Shown: positions 34,084 to 44,229 of the stretch, one piece after another
Layout of the letters: each line of letters starts with the position of its first letter
How positions within the stretch are numbered: position 1 is the first letter of the stretch
Assembly (NCBI GenBank): GCA_963701095.1
Contig: OY969564.1
Location: 512,001 to 576,000 of the forward strand
Direction of reading: 5' to 3'
Source: an uncultured Methanoregulaceae archaeon
GTDB taxonomy: Archaea > Halobacteriota > Methanomicrobia > Methanomicrobiales > Methanospirillaceae
Length of the DNA stretch: 64,000 nt
Position numbers and translations under genes: made by a program
Notes under the pieces: generated by a model
What the model was told of the DNA's origin: nothing
Databases searched by the model: none
The model's input: the letters and a program-made list of their open reading frames with translations, nothing else

Positions 34084-35609
34084 CTAGTCGCCGGATGCTT
34101 TGTACTGGATACTGTCGCCATAGGGAACAAGTTTTGCGTTCTCCAAGACAGAAACGGCCCCATGACCGCCGCAGATCCGACAGCGTTTCTGGCGTGTTTT
34201 GAGCTGCTGATCTGTTTCTGCTGCAAGTTCCAGCAGCGCTTTTCGCTCTTTGCGCGCGAGATCGCTGTCTACGTTGACCGAGGTAACCAGGAAATCGGCA
34301 AGAGAGTTGTACCGTGCCCGTTCCGGGGTAAGGCTCGCAAAATTAATAACTGCATCAGCGGTGAAAAGTAGTCCTTCCTTTTGGCAATACAGATAGATCT
34401 GCCCGTGGGTGTGACCTCCCAGTCCTTCCAGAATGTCAAGACTAATATCTCCGACGGATATCGTTGCAAGCACAGGGAAAATGCTCTGCGTTTCTGCTCC
34501 TGTTTTTGGAAGGCAGGTAATCTTTTTTGAAGCGGTGAAACGGGAGAAAAGGTTGATCATTTTGGTATAGAATGCTTCCAGCACCGAGTGCTCGCTCCGC
34601 GAACCATACGCTCGGTTATTTGTTTTTATAATGTCACGGGTGCCGATATGCATAAGGGCATCAGCCGGGAAAAATCCTGCTGCCCCACAATGATCGGCAT
34701 CCGCATGGGAGATGATGAGGCGGGTGAACTGGTCTTCGTTCCCGAGACCGAAGTGGGAAAACATGGCCATAACATCGTCGTGATAAATACCATAGCCGGT
34801 ATCGATCATAACGGTCTCCTTTCCTGCCGTGAGGACATAGATGCTACCACCGCAAGGTAGCTGGAAACAGAAAAGGTCAACGAGTGGTGTTACCGTTATC
34901 TTCTGAATGTCAGCATAAAAATTTCTACCCGTTGTTGCCCGTAAGGTTCTTCCGGTCTGAAGCACACTATCAAAAACCAGGCGGGGGTTGTTGCCCCGGT
35001 TCATAAGTTCCTGGGCGATATGATTAGTATCGGCAAGAAATGACAATAGAAAATCATTTTCGGATTCGCCAAGCAGATCCCGGATTTCCTGAGCAAACTT
35101 GACATAGAAAATGGTATCATCGAGGTTTTTACCAGTAGTATCGTATTCAAGGATTTCCAGATGGTACCGGGATTTGAGGGTATCAAGCAGCTGCTCGACT
35201 AATGCCGGATGTTCTAGGTTAAGGCTCACGGTTAACCGGTCAGGATACCTTCCTGCTTCATCAAAATCGATAAAACCAATATTTGCCCCTGATTCTGTCG
35301 TATACTTCAGGAACCGGTCAGGGATCCTGGGGTATGGGGAAGGTGCACATAAAATTTGAGAAAACTCGCTGGTTTTAAAGAGGTCTGGAGGTATCCTATT
35401 GCCGCCAGGTCCCGGGTTATTTTGGTGCAATCTTCCGTAGTGGCGGTTACTTCATAAAAGACCGTGCAGGGATCTATCCTTCGGTCATACTGGATGCGGT
35501 TGATGTTGCCGTTATACCGGGTTATGATACCGGCAGCTTTTTCTAACGATCCCGGTTCATCAGGCATACGTGCAATAAAATCGTATTTCTTCAAAGGTGC
35601 CAACTTCAT
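34084..35609 (-). CDS. tandem ACT-like domains fused to metallo-beta-lactamase-fold hydrolase, one frameshift at ~35315
   Basis: MPDEPGSL...GNINRI and LPHTPGSL...GANIGFI (ACT-like); IDTGYG, SHADADHCG, GGHT, FTAD, GGHG. Confidence 0.75.
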
Positions 35610-35684
35610 GCGCAGGACTGGAATAGGTTCACAGTTTCAATATAGGTTATGGTTAAAAAAAAAGAGATACCCGTTAGTATCAGG

Positions 35685-36773
35685 TTAATTCTTTTTTCTT
35701 TTTACGGCTGTAATCAGGAGGGCTCCAAACACGCCAGCTATCGCAATTAACGGAGAGAGAGCCATGCCAAAGGGTGCTTTAACCATTACTGGGGAGACAT
35801 CGGTCGTTTTGTTATCGGCTATGACAACATCCATGGATACTGTCAGGTAACCGGGTGCTTTAATATTAATATTATGTGTCCCGGGTGCCACTCCATTCAG
35901 GGTCACCGGAGTGGTCCCATCAAGTATTGAATCGACATAGACAGATGCACCGAGCGGGGTTGAAGAAATTACTAGTGATGCCCCACTTGGCACAGTCGGA
36001 GGTGTTATCTGTGGTGTTGCCGGTGCCCCGGTCACCGTTGTTTGTGACGGCATGATAGTTGATGTCGTCAGGTTCGCATTGGAAGCAACGATCGTCAGCA
36101 TCTCTGTCAGGCTGTTAGGCAACGTCGGACTGCTAAAGGTAATACTATAGGTCCCGGGAGACATGTCCACGTGGAATCCAAACTGGAAGTATCCATTGGC
36201 ACTGACAGGCGCGTCGTAGGTATGCATAAGATTTCCGTGAGCATCTGTTATTTTGATCTCAATCGTGTTAGTTGCAGATTCTACGTTTCCCGTAAGCTGA
36301 ACATAATTATTAAGAACTGCGGGATTAGGTGTAACGGTTGCATAAAAACCCGGCTGTCTGAGGAAGATAGAGGCAGAGGAATTGATCGCCGGGTTACTGA
36401 GGTCATAGACCGTAAGCGTATACCGTGAAGTATACAATTGACTTGCACCAACTGTTCGCCCAGTGTCCCAGATAAAATTCCATGTTCCTGATGGATCGGT
36501 ATGGATCGTATCCCCAGTGCCCGCTACCCCGGTAGGGGCGTAAGGAGGTACGCCATCAGCGGGAAGACCGGGGCCGGTAAGAACGATTACCGTAGTATTT
36601 CCTACATTGTTCGTGCCATCCAATAGGATACTGTCACCGATGTAATAACTGCCGTCTCCCCGGTAAGATATGGACATAGAGCCACTCTGGCCTGATACCG
36701 GTACAATGCAAACCATCAGTACAACGAGAAGAAGGAGGCCGCATATGAGAACCGGCACTTTTTTTGAACACAT
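35685..36773 (-). CDS. PEGA-domain surface protein
   Basis: Signal peptide, ISSTPLGASVYVD..GTTP..PGTHNI..PGY, tail ALSPL-TM-KRKK. Confidence 0.8.
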   Translation of the reverse strand: MCSKKVPVLICGLLLLVVLMVCIVPVSGQSGSMSISYRGDGSYYIGDSILLDGTNNVGNTTVIVLTGPGLPADGVPPYAPTGVAGTGDTIHTDPSGTWNFIWDTGRTVGASQLYTSRYTLTVYDLSNPAINSSASIFLRQPGFYATVTPNPAVLNNYVQLTGNVESATNTIEIKITDAHGNLMHTYDAPVSANGYFQFGFHVDMSPGTYSITFSSPTLPNSLTEMLTIVASNANLTTSTIMPSQTTVTGAPATPQITPPTVPSGASLVISSTPLGASVYVDSILDGTTPVTLNGVAPGTHNINIKAPGYLTVSMDVVIADNKTTDVSPVMVKAPFGMALSPLIAIAGVFGALLITAVKRKKN

Positions 36774-36946
36774 TTTTTTTCCTCACCTAAAAGAAATATA
36801 TTCATGAGAGAATAAACGTTGTTGTCTTTTTTTACACGAAACGGCATATGGGGAATGACCGGAATTCTATAAACACGTCAGAAAAGAGTCCCCATAACGA
36901 AACTATATGTAGAGTCGAGCGAAAATCCATAAACAGAGGGGTAACC

Positions 36947-38978
36947 GTGACTGACGTCATCCTGGTCGTAAAAACCGGAAATGCGCAGCTTAAAAGTAAA
37001 ATATCCAAGATATCGCGCGAATTTTCCTATGACGAAACAGCATACAATCTTCCGATCTCTTTTGCACTGACTGGCGTAGCCGTCCATGACAAGAGCACTG
37101 CCGCCACTGTTTTTACAAAGACCGGTGACAACCCACTCGTGGCGTCCGAATGCCTGCTTGCAGAGGCTACAGCGGCCACAGGAAAAGAATCTGCTCCGTT
37201 TACCGGCTTTATCAGTGATACGGTGATACGGAAACTTGGTTACTCGCTTGTTGACGGGAGTATTCTTGGACTCTCACTTATTGTAGGCACACCTGAAAGT
37301 GCTGGCAGTGCGGCGGCCATATGCCGCGAACTCCAGGAAAAATATATGCTCACGTTCCTTGCAGGTGGCGTTATTCCGACACTTTCCTCTGCCGGTGTAA
37401 AACTTGGCCTTGATTACCGTCTTATCCCCCTTGGATCCAAGCCCCTTCATGGTGTCCATTTTGTGGATATCGTTGCCCGGGTTGCCATGATGTTCGGAGG
37501 CGTTTCCCCAGGAGATACTGGTCGCCTCCTTGCCTATGCAGCGGAACGTGCAAAAGCCATCGTTATTGTCTTTCCCGGGTTAACTGACGAAGAAATAGCT
37601 TTTGTCGATGGCATGCGAGTGCTCGGGTTTCCCATCCTCTCCCTCGGGGGCTATGAAGGTGGAGAATGGACCACGGCCACTCCTGATACCATCGTTCGTA
37701 CGGGTATGGACCTCAAAGGCATCCGTGTTAATGTTACAGCCATTCCTATTCCCATGGGTTGCTCTCCTGCCTTTGAAGGAAAAAGTATACGAAAGGAAGA
37801 GATGCAGGTCGAGTTTGGCGGGGGCCGATCACCTGCTTTTGAACTCTTGCGGATGAAAAATCCCGGCGAAATTGAAGATGGTATGGTTACGGTCATCGGT
37901 CCGGAGATCGATTCCATGAAAGAGGGGGGTGCCTATCCCCTTGGTATAATTATCGAAGTGACCGGAAAATCCATGAAGAAGGACTATGAACCGGTACTTG
38001 AACGCCGTATCCATAATTTTGTTAATTATGGCGAAGGATCATGGCACGTTGCCCAACGGGATCTTATCTGGGTCAGAATATCAAAAGAAGCGTTCGCAAA
38101 AGGTGTAAAAATTGAGCACCTGGGTAAACTCCTTGCCAGTAAGTTCCGGATGGATTTTCCCCAGCTGCTTGACGCTGTCGCTGTCACTCTTATCACGGAA
38201 AAGGAAAAAGTCCTTGTCGGAAAACGGGAAGCGGAGACAATCTATGCCGATAGGGACGCCCGGATCAAAGGCATGCGGGATCACGAAGTTGATACCTATT
38301 ATTCCTGCACACTCTGCCAGACTTTTGCTCCTAACCATGTCTGTATTATCACACCTGAGCGGCCTGCTCTCTGCGGGGCAATCAGACTGGCTTGATGGCA
38401 AGATTGCGTTTGAAATGTCTCCTGCAGGAGCAAACCAGCCGGTCGAGAAAGGATCACTTATCAATGCCCAGAACGGGGAGTTTGAAGGCGTCAACCGGTT
38501 TGTCAAGAAAGCAAGTCATGGTGAGATCGAGCGATGTTCCCTTTATAGTGTTATGGAATACCCCATGACCTGCTGCGGCTGCTTCGAAGTTATAGCACTT
38601 ATGCTTCCCGAAGTCAACGGCATCATGGTAGTCAACCGTGAATACAAAGGAATGACACCCTCCGGCATGACATTTTCTACTCTCGCCGGGACCATTGGCG
38701 GCGGTGCCCAGACCCCGGGCTTTGCCGGGATCTCAAAGAATTATATCTTATCGGATCGGTTCCTCCAAGGTGAGGGAGGTATCGAACGCTTGGTATGGAT
38801 GCCTTCGCAGCTGAAAGACGAACTCAAGCCCCGGCTCGGTCCTCTCCTTACCGCAAAAGGTCATCCGGATCTTTTTGACAAAATCGCTGATGAGACCATA
38901 GCAGAGACCATTGAGGATTTAACAGACTTCCTGAACCGCGTCTGTCACCCGGCCCTTGCGATGAAACCGTTGATGTGA
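36947..38978 (+). CDS. acsB: acetyl-CoA synthase, bacterial-type AcsB architecture, one frameshift at ~38386
   Basis: GTG start after GAGGGG; TAYNLP, FTGFISD, AMMFGG N-terminal domain; A-cluster ligands CTLCQ..HVC..LCG and TCCGCFE; AISWLD broken by one extra A. Confidence 0.92.
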
Positions 38979-38988
38979 GGCACACAAG

Positions 38989-39930
38989 ATGATTCCTGAA
39001 CCGCATTTTGGCTGGACCGGCACGGTAGGTGAAGTTATCCTTGGGGCAACCCATTCTGAAGGTGGTACGCGATCGCGTTCGTACAGGATAGGTGGTGGCA
39101 CCACACTTCCCTTCATGGAAAAAGAACAAAAATCCTCTTCACCACTGGTCGCTTTTGAGATATGCGATGATCCCCGGTATTGGTCCCCGATTGTCAATGA
39201 TTTCTGCAGCGATCTTATTCACGATCCGGGCGCGTGGGCAAAGACGGCTGAGATTGCCTATGGCGCTGATCTTGTCAGGCTTTGTCTTACGAGTACCAAG
39301 CAACGGGATTTTTCTGATATAGTATCACTGGAAAAGACAACGGAAACTGTCCTTTCATCGACAACGCTTCCCCTCATTATCGAAGGCAGCAACGAACCTA
39401 AGATCGACAGCGAGGTATTCCAGAAATGTGGTGAGATCGGCCAGGGTGAACGCCTGCTGCTTGGAACCGCCGAAGCCGGAAGGTACCGGAGTATTGCCGC
39501 CGCGGCCCTTGCCTATAACCATGCTATAATCGCCCAGTCTCCTATCGATATTAACCTCGCAAAACAGCTCAATATCCTGCTCAAGGAAATCGGGGTGCCG
39601 CGGGACCATATCGTCATCGATCCCTATACCGGTGCACTTGGCTATGGCTTTGAGTATTCATTCTCTGCTATGGAGCGGATCCGGTTTTCTGCACTCAAAG
39701 GCGATGTTGATCTTGCGATGCCTATGATTTGCGCACCTTCGGATTCGTTGACCATTAAGGAAGTCCGTGAAGCAGATGCAAGCACTCGCAACGCCATTGC
39801 TGTGGAATGGGAATTTACGACAAGTCTTGCTGCAGCAGTCGCTGGTGCGGAAATTGTCTGTGTCAGGCATCCTGATACGGTAAAACGACTGAAAACAGCA
39901 TTTGCAGGCCTCAATACCCGAGGTGTATAA
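38989..39930 (+). CDS. acsD: corrinoid iron-sulfur protein small subunit (AcsD/CdhD)
   Basis: IGGGTTLPF, SPIDINLAKQLN, IDPYTGALGYGFEY, MERIR. Confidence 0.92.
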   Translation: MIPEPHFGWTGTVGEVILGATHSEGGTRSRSYRIGGGTTLPFMEKEQKSSSPLVAFEICDDPRYWSPIVNDFCSDLIHDPGAWAKTAEIAYGADLVRLCLTSTKQRDFSDIVSLEKTTETVLSSTTLPLIIEGSNEPKIDSEVFQKCGEIGQGERLLLGTAEAGRYRSIAAAALAYNHAIIAQSPIDINLAKQLNILLKEIGVPRDHIVIDPYTGALGYGFEYSFSAMERIRFSALKGDVDLAMPMICAPSDSLTIKEVREADASTRNAIAVEWEFTTSLAAAVAGAEIVCVRHPDTVKRLKTAFAGLNTRGV

Positions 39931-39932
39931 TC

Positions 39933-41267
39933 TTGCCGCTCAAGGCACTGGACATTTACAAGCTCCTGCCAAAGAAGAACTGCAAGGAATGCGGTGATCC
40001 CACCTGCCTGACCTTTGCCATGAAACTTGCCGCGGGAAAAGCAGACCTTGATCTCTGCCCCTATCTTGATGACAAAGCAAAAGCGGTGCTCGGGGCAACA
40101 ACCCGCCCGCCGATTAAACTGGTAAAAATCGGGGTAGGTGAGCGATCCTTTTCGGTCGGCGAAGAGTTTGTTCTTTACCGGCACGACAAGACATTCTACC
40201 ACCCTCCGGGAATTATGTTTGCGGTTTCCGACATCCAGAGCGACGATGAGATTTCTGCTGTGACCGCCCGGGTACGGGATGATACCCTGACCCGCGTCGG
40301 CGCTGACCTGAAATTTAACGGGACGGCGATTGTCAATACAACCGGAACCGTTGAAGCCTATGCACGGGCCGTTGCCGCTGTTGAAAAAACGGCCGGTCTT
40401 CCTGAAGTCCTCATATCAGATAACGCGCAGGCCCTTGCTGCTGCTCTTGTCCTCTGTGGCAGTTACCGGCCGTTGATAAGCGCAGCAACACCGGAAAATT
40501 ATAAGCAGATGTGTGCGCTTGCTAAACAGCATGGCTGTCGCCTGGTTGTCCGGGAACCTACCCTTGAAGGGCTTGCCAAGCTTACCAAAGACTGTGCGGC
40601 TGAAGGGGTTTCGAATGTTGTTCTTGACCTGGCACCAAAGAACCTTGGGGATTATCTCTCCCGCTCGACCGCCATACGGCAGCTTGCCATTACCCGTGAA
40701 GTCCCGGATCTGGGCTATCCGGTCTATCTGGATGCGACTGCTTTTGAAGACCAGGATGCGGCAATTGCTCTTGGTATCGTCAAGTATGCTTCAGTGATTG
40801 TTACATCACCACTATCTCAGCCGTCAGCTAAAGCGGTGCTTACACTTCGCCAGAACATCTATACCGACCCCCAGAAACCCATCCAGATGAACCCTGGCCT
40901 TTACCGGGTTGGTACACCGGGAAAAGATGCACCTGTACTCATGACGGTGAATTTCTCCCTGACCTACTTCACACTCCAGGGCTACCTTGAATCCACCCGT
41001 ATCCCCTGTTTCATGCTGATCGTCGATACGGAAGGTCTCTCAGTACTCACGTCAGTTGCTGCCGGTAAACTCAATGAATCCCTTGTGCGGGATGCCATAA
41101 AGAAATTCGGGGTCGAAAACGAAGTATCACACCGGAAACTGATTATTCCCGGATACGCAGCGCCTCTTTCTGGGAGAATTGAAGAAGCTACCGGATGGAA
41201 AGTGCTGGTGGGACCCCGTGATGCTGCTGAGATCGGTGATTTTCTTGTACAGGAATGGAAACCCTAA
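39933..41267 (+). CDS. acsC: corrinoid iron-sulfur protein large subunit (AcsC/CdhE)
   Basis: LPKKNCKECGDPTC...CP 4Fe-4S motif, LRQNIYTDPQKP, TVNFSLTYF, VLVGPRDA. Confidence 0.95.
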   Translation: MPLKALDIYKLLPKKNCKECGDPTCLTFAMKLAAGKADLDLCPYLDDKAKAVLGATTRPPIKLVKIGVGERSFSVGEEFVLYRHDKTFYHPPGIMFAVSDIQSDDEISAVTARVRDDTLTRVGADLKFNGTAIVNTTGTVEAYARAVAAVEKTAGLPEVLISDNAQALAAALVLCGSYRPLISAATPENYKQMCALAKQHGCRLVVREPTLEGLAKLTKDCAAEGVSNVVLDLAPKNLGDYLSRSTAIRQLAITREVPDLGYPVYLDATAFEDQDAAIALGIVKYASVIVTSPLSQPSAKAVLTLRQNIYTDPQKPIQMNPGLYRVGTPGKDAPVLMTVNFSLTYFTLQGYLESTRIPCFMLIVDTEGLSVLTSVAAGKLNESLVRDAIKKFGVENEVSHRKLIIPGYAAPLSGRIEEATGWKVLVGPRDAAEIGDFLVQEWKP

Positions 41268-43175
41268 ATGCGTACTGTTACTTTCCTTCCCAGTTATCAT
41301 AAGATAGAAGCTCCCAGGGGCACGACAATCCTCGATGCAGCACAACGTGCCGGCATCAATATGAATGTTGTCTGCGGCGGCATTGGAAAATGCGGGAAAT
41401 GCGTGGTCTATGTACAATCCGGGAAAGCTGAGTTTGATAAACAGAAATTTGGCCGGTTTTTTACTGAAGAAGAATTGAAAAAAGGTGCCTGTCTTGCCTG
41501 CGTTACCACGATCCAGGGAGACCTCCAGGTAATTATCCCGGAAAGTACGCTGATCCAAGAGCAGAAGATCCTCGTTGAAGGGACGGAAATGGAGATTGAG
41601 TTTCACCCGTCAGTGAAAAAATACTACGTTGAACTCCAACCGCCAACACTTGCCGATCCCTCACCAGACCTCTCCCGTCTCCTCTGGGGTATCCAGAAAA
41701 GGGGCGGACCGGTCGCAGAGAAAATGTACGCACCTCTTGAGGTGATGAGAAAGATCCCCGCACTTCTGCGGCACAGCGACTGGAAGGTTACCGGCACTAT
41801 CGCCCTTGTGCCCGGGGGTTACCGGCTTATCGATATCCAAGAAAATGATACCTCACACAGGCTCTTTGGTGCAGCCGTGGATCTGGGGTCAACGACCGTT
41901 GTCGTATATCTCTGGGACTTAATTACCGGGAAAATAACTGCGGTTGCTTCCAATTACAATAAACAGATCAGTTGCGGGGAAGACATTCTTGCACGCGTGA
42001 ATTATGCACAGAAGAACGGGATTGCAAAACTCCAGACGCTTGCGGTTGAGAGCATCAATGCTGCGTTGACCTCTGCTGCGAATTCCGCTGGGATTGATCG
42101 GGAAGATATTTACGAGGTCGTGGTTGCAGGAAACACCGTCATGACCCATATGATGCTCGGTATCGACCCAGGCTACATTATCAAGGAACCCTACGTACCA
42201 GTGGTCCAGCGGGCTCTTTCCGTTGCCGCTGCACGTATAGGAATTACCTGCAATGACAATTGCGGGCTCTTCGCCTTTCCGGCGGTTAGCGACTTTATTG
42301 GCGGTGATATCATTGCCGACATTCTTGCCTGCGGTATGAGTGAAAAGGATGATATTTCTCTTCTCGTAGATATTGGAACGAATTTCGAGGTCGTGCTTGG
42401 CAATCGCGACTGGATGTTTTCCTGTGCTGGCGCCGCAGGGCCGGCTCTTGAAGGTGGGGAAGTGCTCTTTGGTATGCGGGCAAATCCCGGCGCTATCGAT
42501 AAGATTTCCATTGATCCGGTTACCCTTAAACCGGTCTATTCCACCATCAACAGTATCAAGCCCCGGGGTATCACCGGTTCCGGGCTTATCGATATTCTAG
42601 CCGAATTGCTTACTTCCGGAGTTATAGACCGCACAGGCCGGATTAACACGGAGTATGAGAATCCCCGGATCCGTACAGGTGTCCATTTCCCTGAATATGT
42701 TATTGCGTTTGCAAAAGAGACTGATATCGGAAAAGACATTGTCATCACGGAAAATGATATCAAGAACCTGATTATGAGTAAAGCCTCCATTCACGCTGCC
42801 TGTGTGACACTCATGAAAGAGGCAGCGGTTACTCGGTTTGATATCGCTACTATCTATTTTGCAGGTGCCTTTGGTAACTATATCAACAAGAAAAATGCAA
42901 CGACTGTGGGTTTGATCCCCGAGATCGATCTCGATCGGATAAAAAACATTGGGAACGGGGCAGTGGCGGGTGCAAACCTCGCTCTTATCAATCGCAGGCA
43001 GCGGAAACTGCTCGATGGTATCGCAGGAAGGATAGCTTACATCGAGCTCAATGCAGAGCCTTCATTTATGGACGAATACACGTCAAGTGCATTTCTCCCT
43101 CACACTGATCTCTCGCTCTTCCCCGGAGTCCAGGCTCTGCTTGAGTCAGAGCGTGGGAAAAAGGAGGAAACCTGA
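41268..43175 (+). CDS. acsV: reductive activator of corrinoid protein (RACo/AcsV, 2Fe-2S + ASKHA)
   Basis: CGGIGKCGKC..C ferredoxin domain, DLGSTT, DIGTNFE, AAGPALEG, AGAFG. Confidence 0.9.
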   Translation: MRTVTFLPSYHKIEAPRGTTILDAAQRAGINMNVVCGGIGKCGKCVVYVQSGKAEFDKQKFGRFFTEEELKKGACLACVTTIQGDLQVIIPESTLIQEQKILVEGTEMEIEFHPSVKKYYVELQPPTLADPSPDLSRLLWGIQKRGGPVAEKMYAPLEVMRKIPALLRHSDWKVTGTIALVPGGYRLIDIQENDTSHRLFGAAVDLGSTTVVVYLWDLITGKITAVASNYNKQISCGEDILARVNYAQKNGIAKLQTLAVESINAALTSAANSAGIDREDIYEVVVAGNTVMTHMMLGIDPGYIIKEPYVPVVQRALSVAAARIGITCNDNCGLFAFPAVSDFIGGDIIADILACGMSEKDDISLLVDIGTNFEVVLGNRDWMFSCAGAAGPALEGGEVLFGMRANPGAIDKISIDPVTLKPVYSTINSIKPRGITGSGLIDILAELLTSGVIDRTGRINTEYENPRIRTGVHFPEYVIAFAKETDIGKDIVITENDIKNLIMSKASIHAACVTLMKEAAVTRFDIATIYFAGAFGNYINKKNATTVGLIPEIDLDRIKNIGNGAVAGANLALINRRQRKLLDGIAGRIAYIELNAEPSFMDEYTSSAFLPHTDLSLFPGVQALLESERGKKEET

Positions 43176-43176
43176 T

Positions 43177-44217
43177 ATGGTAAAGGTGATAGCACCACCG
43201 TACTCCCGTGCTACTGGTGTGGGGGCCCTCCCGCATACCGACCCGGTGCTTGCGTGCGATGACGTTCTTAATGTGTTTCCCGAATTTCCCTATACACCGA
43301 CGCTTCCTGACCACGGATTGCTCGAAAGTATTGTTTTCAACGACGCAGCACAACTCCCGGGCCAGCTTATCCGCGAAGGCAGGTTGCTTTATGATAGTAA
43401 CCGGGATAACACCACTGCGATGGAACAGGTATACTTGGACTTTGTTGATAAGAATTTTTTACCTTACTGCCTCGATACCGATCATGCATCCGCATTTTGC
43501 GAGATGATGACCCGGCAATTCCCTCAGGCTACTATTCTAAAGTGCCAGGTAACCGGACCGGTCACTTTTGGGATGCAGGTTGTTGATGCCGACAAACGGC
43601 CTATCTATTACGATAGTCAGCTGGCAGACGTACTCTCCAAAATGATTGCTCTGAAAGCCCGCTGGTGTGAAAACGAAATGCTAGTACGGACCGGGATTAA
43701 AGAGACGTTAGTGGTACTTAACGAACCCTACTTTGCTTCGCTTGGATCCTCAGTTGTGCCGCTTGACCGTGGAACAGTTAAGGCAGGCTGGGAGGATATC
43801 GCGTCGCTTGTACAAGGTGGCCTTGGTGTTCATTGCTGCTCGAATACGGACTGGGAGTTTATTATCGGCCTCGACCCCTCAGTTATCTCTCTTGATGCCT
43901 ATGCAACAGCGACAGAATTCCTGCTTTACGTAGACGCAATTACGGGATATATGGAACGGGGGGGCGTTATTGCGTGGGGGATAGTACCTGCACAGTATAA
44001 GCTTTTTGCAGCTGAGACTGTAGATTCGCTCTATGCACGGTACCTTGCGATACGCACCCAGCTGACAAAGCACATCCCGGAAGAACTTTTTGATGCCCAA
44101 TCACTCATTACGCCTTCATGCGGGATCCGGTTTGCTGACCGGAATGGCGCAAATGAGATCCAAGGCGCTGCGGCTGAGATTTCCTGTCGGATCCGGGCTC
44201 TGACAAACCTTTCCTGA
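43177..44217 (+). CDS. core (folate-independent) methionine synthase, MetE C-terminal-like, MesB-like
   Basis: AGGAGG RBS then ATG at 43177; ATGVGALPH, KCQVTGP, NEP, GVHCC, AWGIVP, ITPSCG (HxC...C zinc ligands); single barrel of ~346 aa. Confidence 0.8.
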   Translation: MVKVIAPPYSRATGVGALPHTDPVLACDDVLNVFPEFPYTPTLPDHGLLESIVFNDAAQLPGQLIREGRLLYDSNRDNTTAMEQVYLDFVDKNFLPYCLDTDHASAFCEMMTRQFPQATILKCQVTGPVTFGMQVVDADKRPIYYDSQLADVLSKMIALKARWCENEMLVRTGIKETLVVLNEPYFASLGSSVVPLDRGTVKAGWEDIASLVQGGLGVHCCSNTDWEFIIGLDPSVISLDAYATATEFLLYVDAITGYMERGGVIAWGIVPAQYKLFAAETVDSLYARYLAIRTQLTKHIPEELFDAQSLITPSCGIRFADRNGANEIQGAAAEISCRIRALTNLS

Positions 44218-44229
44218 CACCTGATAATT

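Noticed and set aside
43051..43176. N-terminal extension of the Mes-like ORF overlapping acsV
   Set aside because: A strong AGGAGG RBS and the ATG at 43177 right after the acsV stop indicate the later start
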